DNA from: an uncultured Solibacteraceae bacterium
GTDB lineage: Bacteria; Acidobacteriota; Holophagae; Holophagales; Holophagaceae
NCBI GenBank assembly: GCA_964415525.1
Contig: CAYQAS010000057.1
Span: 1 to 26,972, forward strand
DNA length: 26,972 nt
Direction of reading: 5' to 3'
Shown here: piece by piece, positions 16,590-23,434 of the stretch
Layout: every line of letters begins with the position of its first letter
How positions within the stretch are numbered: the stretch's first letter is position 1
Notes under the pieces: generated by a model
What the model was told of the DNA's origin: nothing
Databases searched by the model: none
The model's input: only the letters and a program-made list of their open reading frames with translations
Translations under genes and position numbers: made by a program

Positions 16590-16659
16590 GAGACAGGCCT
16601 TGATTGAATTATTACATCTTGCGCGAAATGGCTGAGAGGCGGGTCGTGCCCGTAAGGCT

Positions 16660-16845
16660 TTAGGCGGGGAAGCAGTTTTTTACTGCATATTCTTGGGCGC
16701 GCGTCTTGTTCGTGGTTGCAAAGACGTCGCCGTTGGCTTTGGTGACGTAGTACACGCCACGGAAATACTCAATGGTGCAGTCTGCGGCCGAAAGCGTTGA
16801 ACCCAGGGCGCAGAAGAGAGCCGCGGTGGCGAGTTGCTTGAGCAT
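16660..16845 (-). CDS. Small secreted peptide precursor: 61 aa with a signal peptide, giving a ~40-aa mature peptide with two Cys (DCTIEYFRGVYYVTKANGDVFATTNKTRAQEYAVKNCFPA). Function unknown.
   Basis: The start is at the second ATG (MLKQLATAALFCALGSTLSAA|DC..), which has a perfect AAGGAG RBS 6 nt upstream. Cleavage is predicted after the AxA-like SAA. By eye the GC content is lower than in flanking genes. A promoter with a G9/C9 tract lies upstream. Confidence 0.5.
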   Translation of the reverse strand: MLKQLATAALFCALGSTLSAADCTIEYFRGVYYVTKANGDVFATTNKTRAQEYAVKNCFPA

Positions 16846-16874
16846 GTGTGACTCCTTCATGTGGTGTGGATGTC

Positions 16875-16903
16875 GATTCTTGCGTGGGGGGGGGTGGTGT
16901 CAA
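16875..16903 (-). promoter_or_regulatory. Putative sigma70-type promoter of the small-peptide gene. A C9 homopolymer (G9 on the + strand) forms most of the -35/-10 spacer.
   Basis: On the minus strand the sequence reads TTGACA-ccaCCCCCCCCCacgc(a)-AAGAAT / AGAATC. The -35 hexamer is perfect, the spacer is 16-17 nt, and the -10 element is weak. An ATG with an AAGGAG RBS lies about 30 nt downstream. Confidence 0.35.
16886..16894. repeat. Homopolymeric G9 (C9) tract
   Basis: It is read directly from the sequence: tgcgtGGGGGGGGGtggtg. It is the only run of 9 or more identical bases I found in the window. Confidence 0.95.
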
Positions 16904-17296
16904 TTGATTCATAGAATAGAGCTGCGATGCTCACTCTCCGCTCCGTGACTTACTGTGTTGGAATGCTTGGCGATTTCGCGAATGGGGGCTCACGCTGGAT
17001 GTCCTCTGGACATTGCGGTGAATTCCTCGTCACCGCGGCCCGTGCTGGCGTGGGGCGCATCCCAATGAGGCGTTGCCGTAAAGAAAGCACCCCCGCGGTG
17101 AGGCAGGGGCGTGTCCACTGGAGCGGGTCCTTGGCTACTTCTTGGATTCCGCTTCGTCGAGCTTCTCGCCCCGACGCGTGACGCCATCCGTGGTGACGGT
17201 GACTGTTGTGCAGCTGAATCGGTGTGGGCTTTATCGGACATGCGTCCAGAGGCGATGACATCGGCGCCAGGAGTGCAAGGGATGGGTGGAGATGTG

Positions 17297-17328
17297 GTCT
17301 AGACGACTGGTCTACTTTAGATATTATA
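17297..17328 (+). promoter_or_regulatory. Putative TetR operator and promoter. A palindromic site GTCTAGACGACTGGTCTA overlaps a -35-like element, and a TATTAT -10 lies 6 nt before the tetR ATG.
   Basis: GTCTAGAC is a perfect 8-bp palindrome, and there are TAGAC-N5-GTCTA inverted arms. The 16-mer CTAGACGACTGGTCTA recurs (14/16 identical) upstream of the ADH gene. The AT-rich TTTAGATATTATAGG stretch lies directly before the ATG, which may mean a leaderless transcript. Confidence 0.5.
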
Positions 17329-17333
17329 GGTCC

Positions 17334-17918
17334 ATGGCGCCGTCCGACGTTCGTTCCCACATCCTCGACACTGGCCTGGGCATCATCGCCCAGCGTGGCT
17401 TCACCGCGGTGGGGCTGGCGGAATTGCTGGCGGCGGCGGGGGTGCCCAAGGGCAGCTTCTATCACTGGTTCGCCAGCAAGGAAGCCTTTGGCGAGGCGAT
17501 GCTCGACCGTTACTTCGAGGACTACCTGCAGCGGATGGAACCGGTGCTGGCGGCGCCGGGGAAGGATGCCCGGGAGCGCCTGCTGGACTACTGGCGCCTC
17601 TGGCTGGAAACCCAGACCCCCTGCGCCTGTGTGCAGCCCTGTCTCGTGGTGAAGCTGGCGGCGGAGGTCTCGGATCTCAGCGAACCCATGCGGCTCTCGC
17701 TTCTACGCGGCACGCGCCGGGTGGAGGATCGTCTTAGCCGTGTGGTGGAGGAGGGGCTGCGCGTCGGCACTTTTAGCGAGATCGATCCTGCCACCACGGC
17801 GCGGAATCACTATGCCCTCTGGCTCGGTGCGAGCCTCTTGGCCAAGATTACGCGTTCTGGCGAGCCTCTGGTGGCGGCCTTCCGGGCCACCGAGACTCAG
17901 TTGACGCCTTCCAAATAA
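17334..17918 (+). CDS. TetR/AcrR-family transcriptional regulator
   Basis: The N-terminal HTH is typical: ..ILDTGLGIIAQRGFTAVGLAELLAAAGVPKGSFYHWFASKEAF. I chose the start at MAPSD (ATG 17334), downstream of the operator. The upstream GTG/ATG in the track ORF would place the operator inside the coding region. Confidence 0.85.
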   Translation: MAPSDVRSHILDTGLGIIAQRGFTAVGLAELLAAAGVPKGSFYHWFASKEAFGEAMLDRYFEDYLQRMEPVLAAPGKDARERLLDYWRLWLETQTPCACVQPCLVVKLAAEVSDLSEPMRLSLLRGTRRVEDRLSRVVEEGLRVGTFSEIDPATTARNHYALWLGASLLAKITRSGEPLVAAFRATETQLTPSK

Positions 17919-17957
17919 GCACGGTCCTTCACCGCTGTTCCTCCGTTTGTTGCTTGG

Positions 17958-17973
17958 CTAGACGACCGGTCCA
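17958..17973 (+). promoter_or_regulatory. Second copy of the 16-bp operator-like motif (CTAGACGACCGGTCCA), 25 nt upstream of the Fe-ADH start codon
   Basis: It is 14/16 identical to the motif upstream of tetR. It contains the palindrome GACCGGTC. It overlaps the presumed promoter (TTGGCT ... aatttaac). Confidence 0.45.
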
Positions 17974-17997
17974 ATTTAACCTTCCAAAGGAGTTTTT

Positions 17998-19155
17998 ATG
18001 CAGCCCTTCGACGTCTACAATCCCACCCGCATCGTGTTTGGCGAGGGTCGCATCCAGGAACTGGATCGCCTGGTCCCAGCCTCGGCCAAGGTGCTCATTC
18101 TCACCGGCGGATCCAGCGCCGAGCGCACGGGCACGCTGGCCGAAGTCCAGAAGGCCCTCGGCAGCCGCAGCCACGCCACCTTCAACGGCATCGAGCCGAA
18201 CCCGACCTTCGAGACTCTGATGAAGGCGGTCGAGGAAATCCGTGCCGAAGGCTTCGACTTCCTGCTGGCGGTGGGCGGCGGGTCCGTCATCGACGGCACC
18301 AAGTTCATCGCCGCGGCGGTGCCCTACCCGGGCGACGCCTGGGAGATCATGCAGACCCGGGGGCGCAAGGTGAAGGCCGCCGTGCCCTTCGGGAGCGTGC
18401 TGACCCTCCCCGCCACGGGCTCGGAGATGAACAGTGGGGCCGTCATCACCCGCGCCGCCACCCAGGACAAGCTGGTCTTCGGCAGTCCGCTCTGCTTCCC
18501 CGTCTTCTCCATCCTCGATCCGGCCAAGACCCTCACGCTGCCGCCCCGGCAGGTGGCGAATGGCATCGTGGATGCCTTTGTCCACACCACGGAACAGTAT
18601 TTGACAGTGCCTGTCGGTGGGCACATCCAGGATCGCTTCGCGGAAGGCATCCTCTCCACGCTGATCGAGCTCGGGCCGCGCGCCCTGTCTGAGCCGGAAA
18701 ACCTGGAGGTCCGCGCCAGCCTCATGTGGGCGGCGACCCTCGCCCTGAACGGCCTCATTGGCGCGGGTGTGCCTCAGGACTGGGCGACGCACATGGTGGG
18801 CCACGAACTGACCGCCCTCCATGGCATCGACCACGCTCGCACCCTTGCGCTGGTACTGCCCGCGACCCTGCATGTCCGCCGGAATGCCAAGCGCGCGAAA
18901 CTCCTGCAGTACGGCGAGCGGGTGCTGGGCATCCGGGAAGGCACCGAGGAAGAGCGCATCACCGCCGCCATCGAAGGCACTCGCGCCTTCTTCGAATCCC
19001 TGGGCGTGCCGACGCGATTCGCTGCCTATGGCCTGGACGCCAGCGCCATCCCCGCCGTGATGGCGAAGCTGGAAACCCACGGTATGACGGCCCTTGGCGA
19101 GGACCAGGGACAGACTTTGGGGGTGAGTCGCCGCATTCTGGAAGCCGCGCTGTAG
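17998..19155 (+). CDS. yqhD: Iron-containing (group III) alcohol dehydrogenase, YqhD/BdhA-like NAD(P)H-dependent aldehyde reductase
   Basis: It shows Fe-ADH family hallmarks: a GGGS dinucleotide-binding motif (LLAVGGGSVIDGTKF) and conserved His residues (ALHGIDHARTLA..). An AAGGAG RBS lies 8 nt upstream. Confidence 0.85.
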   Translation: MQPFDVYNPTRIVFGEGRIQELDRLVPASAKVLILTGGSSAERTGTLAEVQKALGSRSHATFNGIEPNPTFETLMKAVEEIRAEGFDFLLAVGGGSVIDGTKFIAAAVPYPGDAWEIMQTRGRKVKAAVPFGSVLTLPATGSEMNSGAVITRAATQDKLVFGSPLCFPVFSILDPAKTLTLPPRQVANGIVDAFVHTTEQYLTVPVGGHIQDRFAEGILSTLIELGPRALSEPENLEVRASLMWAATLALNGLIGAGVPQDWATHMVGHELTALHGIDHARTLALVLPATLHVRRNAKRAKLLQYGERVLGIREGTEEERITAAIEGTRAFFESLGVPTRFAAYGLDASAIPAVMAKLETHGMTALGEDQGQTLGVSRRILEAAL

Positions 19156-19171
19156 GCCTGAGGCCAGGGGG

Positions 19172-19205
19172 CGAAAGGGTCCTGCATCCATTGGGGGCCC
19201 TTTCG
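19172..19205. terminator. Hairpin between the convergent ADH (+) and kinase (-) genes, a possible terminator
   Basis: CGAAAGGGTCC ... GGGCCCTTTCG forms an 11-bp stem with one mismatch. There is no clear U-tract on either side. Confidence 0.3.
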
Positions 19206-19245
19206 GCAGATCGACGCCAGGTAACACCTCGGGTCGGCGGTCGCC

Positions 19246-21843
19246 TCAGTGGTAGGTCACACGATAGAGATCCGCAGCAACCTGCCCCTGATGGAGGATC
19301 TCGTACACGTAACCGGCCCCATCTGCCGTGATGTCAAATTCCGTCACGATGGCGTTTCGATCCGTGGGGCCCGAAATCTGTTGAACCCGGGTCAGGGTTC
19401 CGTTCTTCACGCTGCATCGCCAGAGGGTCAGGGGGAAGGCGCCAGAGCCGTTGCTCGTGCTCAGCAGCCAGATGGACTTGCCATCGGTGCTCCAGCCCAC
19501 AGGGGACTTTCCCACCACGGCTGAAGGAAGGGGAAGCATGGTTCCGAGGAGGAGGTTCACCTGGTACCAGGTCGCGGTGGGTGCCTGCTCTTTGCGCACC
19601 ATGGCCCATTGTCCGTCGGGCGAGAGGGGGCCTGTGAACTCCGCGGCAGACCAGGGGAGCCGGGTCAGGGTCCCTGCCTCGACATCGCACAGGTAGGGGA
19701 TCGATGGACCCTCTGGATCTCCGGCCTGACGTCCGAACAGGAAGACTTTCTGTGCCGTTCCCGCGAATCGAACCTGGGCCGTGAGCCAATTCCCCGGCAG
19801 ATGGGTGGACTTTCCAGGGCCCACCGGAACACGCTGGAAGCGTCTGAAGGAGCCCACGTCGGTCCATACCAGCACCCAGAGGTTGTCCGGAGAGATGGTC
19901 GCCACGGGGCCCTCAGTGATCGGCATGACCTCGGGGGCTCCGGCCCTCTGCAGTTTTCCCTGATACGTCGGGGTGCCATTCCAGCTGTTGAAGGCGAGCA
20001 GGTGTCCATCCCGGCTGAGGCCGCTGAGACTCTGAAATCGTCCGGCACTCACGGGACGCTCGTTCGCGGCCCCAGGTGCGAGCCATCGGAGGCTGACCCC
20101 CGTCCCCTCCCAGCCTTTGGGCGAAATCAGCACATCGCCGGTGGTATGGACGTCGTACAGGTTCGGCAGCCCTTCGAAGGCGCGCACCATTCGCTTCAAC
20201 CGACCTCGATCATCCATTTCCACCAGTTGGCTGCCGCTACGACCCTCATCAGGCACGGCGAGGCCCAGCAGGCGATTCCCTTTGCTATAGAGGGTGCCCA
20301 TGACTCTCGTCGGGAGCGGGTATGGCCCGAAATGAGCCCCATCCAATGAAAGGACCCGTAGCCTTTGACCCCAGCCGGCCTTTTCGACAAAGGCGATCCG
20401 TCTTCCGGGCAGCGCGGCCATGGCGCCGATTTCGGCTTGGGGGGAGGCCTCGAACAGGCAACGCCCCTGGAACTCTATGCCTTGGATCTTGCGACCCTGG
20501 AAATTCGCGTGACAGATCACAGGAGACGGCTCACCCGGCACCCAGAGCACCTGATCGTCGGGAGTGGCGAAGCGGTCTGAGATGACACGGGGGGTGCCTC
20601 CTTCCAGCGAACGCACCGCAAGAACCGGCTGATCGCCATGGAGGTAGAGGGCGATGTCGCCTCGAGGCGAAATCCCGAGCACCTTGGCATCCTTCACGCC
20701 CACAGACTGGGGGGCTGTTCCGGGCCCCATCAGATAGAGTTCGTGTGAATCCGCAGCATCCGGACTGCCCGTGAAAGCCACGGATTTCCCATCGGGCAGG
20801 AATCGGGCGGCGCTGTAGAACCAAGGCGCCGGATTGAGGCGCTCCATGTGGGGTTCAGGACGGGGACGCAGGCGGTGGCCTCCGACGACACCCAGTCCCA
20901 GGAGGGCCAGAACGCCTGCCGCTGCAAGGAGCCTTGGCCTCGTGAGTTTGGATCGCGTGCGAAGCGGAGCAACAGCGGACGTTCCCTGGCTTTCCGCATC
21001 CAGGGCGAAGATCAGATCGTGTGCGGTGTGGAAGCGGAGGTCTGGATCCTTGGAAAGGCAGGTACGGACAATGCGCTCCAGCAGCGGGGAAACCTTCAGG
21101 GCCGGGTCCAGGTCCGGCAGTTCTCCCTCCAGCACCTGATACATGATTTCGACCTGGCTCTCGCCCTGGAATGGGCGTGTGCCGGTGAGCAGCTCCCACA
21201 GGACGATGCCAAGGGCAAACAGGTCGGATCGGCCGTCCAATGCCTTCCCCCGGATCTGTTCCGGGCTCATGTACCCGAGGGTCCCGAGGATCATGCCGAC
21301 CTGGGTGGAGTTCGCTTCGACCAACGCCAAGGTTCGCTCATCCACGGCGGGCGTGAGGTCCGGACGGCGCCAGAGCTTGGCGAGGCCGAAGTCCAGCACC
21401 TTCACCCGCCGATCCTGGCAAATGAAGATGTTCTCGGGCTTGAGATCCCGATGGATGATGCCCTTGCCGTGGGCGGCGTGGAGGCCTTCAGCCACCGCCC
21501 GGACGATCTCCACGGTTCGGCGGGTGGCCATGGGTTTTCCTGCGAGAGCCTGCCGAAGGGATTGCCCTGTGAGCAACTCCATGACGAGATACGGGCGCTC
21601 TTCCCAACTTCCTACGTCAAAGAGGGTGACGAGGTTGGGGTGGTTGAGATCCCCGATGGTGCGGGCTTCCAGTTCAAAGCGCCGCAGGAGTTCGCGGTCT
21701 GCCTTGTAGGTCGGATGCAGCAGTTTGATGGCGACGTCACGCCCTAAGCGCGTGTCCTGTGCCCGGTAGATGGCCCCCATCCCCCCTGCGCCAATCTGGG
21801 CGAGGATCTTGTAGGGGCCAATGACAGTCCCTTCTGAAATCAT
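19246..21843 (-). CDS. Hanks-type Ser/Thr protein kinase with one TM segment and a C-terminal periplasmic beta-propeller (TolB/WD40-like) sensor domain, 865 aa
   Basis: Kinase motifs are present: GAGGMGAIY (G-loop), VAIK, HRDLKPEN, DFG, GTLGYMSPE. A TM segment (LLAAAGVLALLGLGVVGG) is followed by ~500 aa of repetitive beta-rich sequence. Confidence 0.85.
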   Translation of the reverse strand: MISEGTVIGPYKILAQIGAGGMGAIYRAQDTRLGRDVAIKLLHPTYKADRELLRRFELEARTIGDLNHPNLVTLFDVGSWEERPYLVMELLTGQSLRQALAGKPMATRRTVEIVRAVAEGLHAAHGKGIIHRDLKPENIFICQDRRVKVLDFGLAKLWRRPDLTPAVDERTLALVEANSTQVGMILGTLGYMSPEQIRGKALDGRSDLFALGIVLWELLTGTRPFQGESQVEIMYQVLEGELPDLDPALKVSPLLERIVRTCLSKDPDLRFHTAHDLIFALDAESQGTSAVAPLRTRSKLTRPRLLAAAGVLALLGLGVVGGHRLRPRPEPHMERLNPAPWFYSAARFLPDGKSVAFTGSPDAADSHELYLMGPGTAPQSVGVKDAKVLGISPRGDIALYLHGDQPVLAVRSLEGGTPRVISDRFATPDDQVLWVPGEPSPVICHANFQGRKIQGIEFQGRCLFEASPQAEIGAMAALPGRRIAFVEKAGWGQRLRVLSLDGAHFGPYPLPTRVMGTLYSKGNRLLGLAVPDEGRSGSQLVEMDDRGRLKRMVRAFEGLPNLYDVHTTGDVLISPKGWEGTGVSLRWLAPGAANERPVSAGRFQSLSGLSRDGHLLAFNSWNGTPTYQGKLQRAGAPEVMPITEGPVATISPDNLWVLVWTDVGSFRRFQRVPVGPGKSTHLPGNWLTAQVRFAGTAQKVFLFGRQAGDPEGPSIPYLCDVEAGTLTRLPWSAAEFTGPLSPDGQWAMVRKEQAPTATWYQVNLLLGTMLPLPSAVVGKSPVGWSTDGKSIWLLSTSNGSGAFPLTLWRCSVKNGTLTRVQQISGPTDRNAIVTEFDITADGAGYVYEILHQGQVAADLYRVTYH

Positions 21844-22070
21844 CCCGACCTCGGATCACCACGTGGGTCGCTTGCCAGCGCAGGCGGAGCGACGGTTCCT
21901 GGAATGGCCTAGCGGACCGGCCTTTGGCTCAACAGGGGCAAAGGTCTAGATTCATCCTTCCCAGGGGGGCCGCCATCGTCAAGAGCCCGCCAGATTTCGG
22001 TGTTCGGAGATGCCAGGACTCACCCAGTGGTTTGCCTCCCCACCCTTACCTTGCTCAAGTCGATCCTCAA

Positions 22071-22871
22071 CTATCTGGGCAGTTCGGTGGTTTCTACACA
22101 GGCGGCCTTCATACGGTCCCGCTTAAGGGCGGCGATGGCGGCGTGAGGCGCCTGCATCCGGGCATCGGCGTAAAAGTCGAGGCGGTCCAGGAGGAGCGTC
22201 AGGGCTTGGAGGGCCGAGGCGGCATGGCATCGGCCGAACAGGGCGAGGGCCAGGGCGCACAGGGCCAAGATCCCTCGCACCCTCCTGGCCCATTCCGCCT
22301 GGAGTCGCAGATGGGGAAACTCCGCTACGAGGCCCGCAGGCGTGCGGGCGGCATCGGCCTGGCGAAGCTGGGCCGCGGCGAGATCCGACAGTCCGAAGAT
22401 GAGGATGGCGGCCTTCCAGCCCGCCAGGGTGCTTCCCAACAGGAGCACGGAAAGCACGGGGGCCGCGAGGGCCGCCGGGGTGGACCATCCGGGCCTCGCC
22501 TCAAGGCGATAGAGCGCTGCGATCGCCACCGCGAGGAGCACCCCCGCGGCTCCCGCCAGCTGGCCTGGAGCCAGGGCGCTCAGGCTCAGCATCAGACTCC
22601 CGGCAAAGCCTCCGGCCATCATGGCCTCCCGGCTCAGCCAAGAATGGGTGATGCCTCGAAGGGCGAAGGCAGCTCGCGCCTTCTGTCCCAGATGGAGGAA
22701 TGAAAGGCTGCCGCCGACGACGCCGAGTCCGAGGGCCAGGCCCTGCAGGAAAGGGGATGGGAGGAGTGGTCGGGGCAGGGCACTCCCCAGGGCGAGGCCC
22801 GCGGCGAGGAGCAGGGCCCATGTGAAGCCGACCAATGGCAGGTGTTCGGTGAAGTCCGGCTGGTGCCTCAT
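22071..22871 (-). CDS. DmsC/NrfD-like polytopic membrane anchor subunit of a molybdopterin oxidoreductase
   Basis: It is a highly hydrophobic protein with multiple predicted TM helices. I chose the start at MRHQPDF (ATG 22871), which overlaps the upstream Fe-S gene stop (ATGA). The Arg/Gly-rich extension in the track ORF is discarded. Confidence 0.6.
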   Translation of the reverse strand: MRHQPDFTEHLPLVGFTWALLLAAGLALGSALPRPLLPSPFLQGLALGLGVVGGSLSFLHLGQKARAAFALRGITHSWLSREAMMAGGFAGSLMLSLSALAPGQLAGAAGVLLAVAIAALYRLEARPGWSTPAALAAPVLSVLLLGSTLAGWKAAILIFGLSDLAAAQLRQADAARTPAGLVAEFPHLRLQAEWARRVRGILALCALALALFGRCHAASALQALTLLLDRLDFYADARMQAPHAAIAALKRDRMKAACVETTELPR

Positions 22872-23434
22872 GGCTCCTCCACCGTGGAACAGGGGGGTGG
22901 GAAGGCACCGGACCCGCCGCCGAAGCGGATGGCGGGACGCGCTCCGGGCAAATGCAGAAATCCTGGCGTGGCCCTTGGCAGACCTTCCATGTCCGTCAGA
23001 GGCGCCAAGCCCAGGGCTCCGGCGAAGCAGGTGGCCACACAGGCCGGCTCCCGGCCGCGATCCCGACGATCGGTGCAGAGCTGGCACTTGGAGACGACCT
23101 TGCGCACGGCATCCCAATGGATCGCCCCGAAGGAACAGGCCATCTGGCAGTAGCGGCAGCCCAGGCAGCGGGTGGCATCATGCAGCACGGCGCCATCGGA
23201 GGCCCGCTTTGTCAGGGCTTCCGCAGGGCAGGCGCGGACACAAGGCGCACCTTCGCAGTGGTTGCACGCCAGGGAAAGGTAGACGGTGCCAGATGAACCG
23301 GCCTCCGGAGGCAGCTTCAGGACCTGCCGCCAGAGCAGGTCCGGGGGCGTTCCGTTCACGTTGGCGCAGGCGCCCACGCAGCCCTGGCAGCCGAAGCAGC
23401 GGTCCGGATCAAAGCGGAAGGCCAGCTGGGTCAT
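22868..23434 (-). CDS. 4x[4Fe-4S] ferredoxin-type electron-transfer subunit (DmsB/PsrB/NrfC-like)
   Basis: Four Cys clusters are present: CFGCQGCVGAC, CNHCEGAPCVRACP, CLGCRYCQMAC and CQLC..(x12)..CVATC. There is a 4-nt overlap with both neighbouring genes. Confidence 0.85.
   Translation of the reverse strand: MTQLAFRFDPDRCFGCQGCVGACANVNGTPPDLLWRQVLKLPPEAGSSGTVYLSLACNHCEGAPCVRACPAEALTKRASDGAVLHDATRCLGCRYCQMACSFGAIHWDAVRKVVSKCQLCTDRRDRGREPACVATCFAGALGLAPLTDMEGLPRATPGFLHLPGARPAIRFGGGSGAFPPPCSTVEEP

Noticed and set aside
15963-16607. 214-aa + strand ORF
   Set aside because: It is antisense to the 392-aa secreted-protein gene and has an Arg/Gly/Glu-rich composition.
16886-16894. An alternative explanation of the G9 tract as a sequencing or assembly artefact
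   Set aside because: I did not reject this outright, because homopolymers are error-prone on some platforms. Its exact placement in the spacer between a perfect -35 element and a -10 element makes a biological role plausible. I keep it as a finding with this caveat.
17286-17333. Upstream GTG/ATG starts for the TetR ORF (17286 or 17292)
   Set aside because: They would place the palindromic operator and the -10 element inside the coding region and add an atypical 16-aa N-terminus before the HTH. ATG 17334 gives a canonical TetR N-terminus.
16927-17465. Small ORFs in the 16904-17296 gap (16927-17181 +, 16950-17465 -, 16990-17241 -, 17111-17302 +)
   Set aside because: They have no RBS, their composition is Arg/Ser/Pro-rich, and they overlap one another. 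I treat the region as non-coding.
17929-19227. 432-aa - strand ORF
   Set aside because: It is antisense to the Fe-ADH gene, which has unambiguous family motifs.
19609-21747. + strand ORFs 19609-20349 and 20848-21747
   Set aside because: They are antisense to the Ser/Thr kinase gene.
21958-21989. Hairpin CCTTTG-(12 nt)-CAAAGG downstream of the DmsC-like gene
   Set aside because: The stem is short (6 bp) with a large loop and no U-tract. That is too weak to call a terminator.
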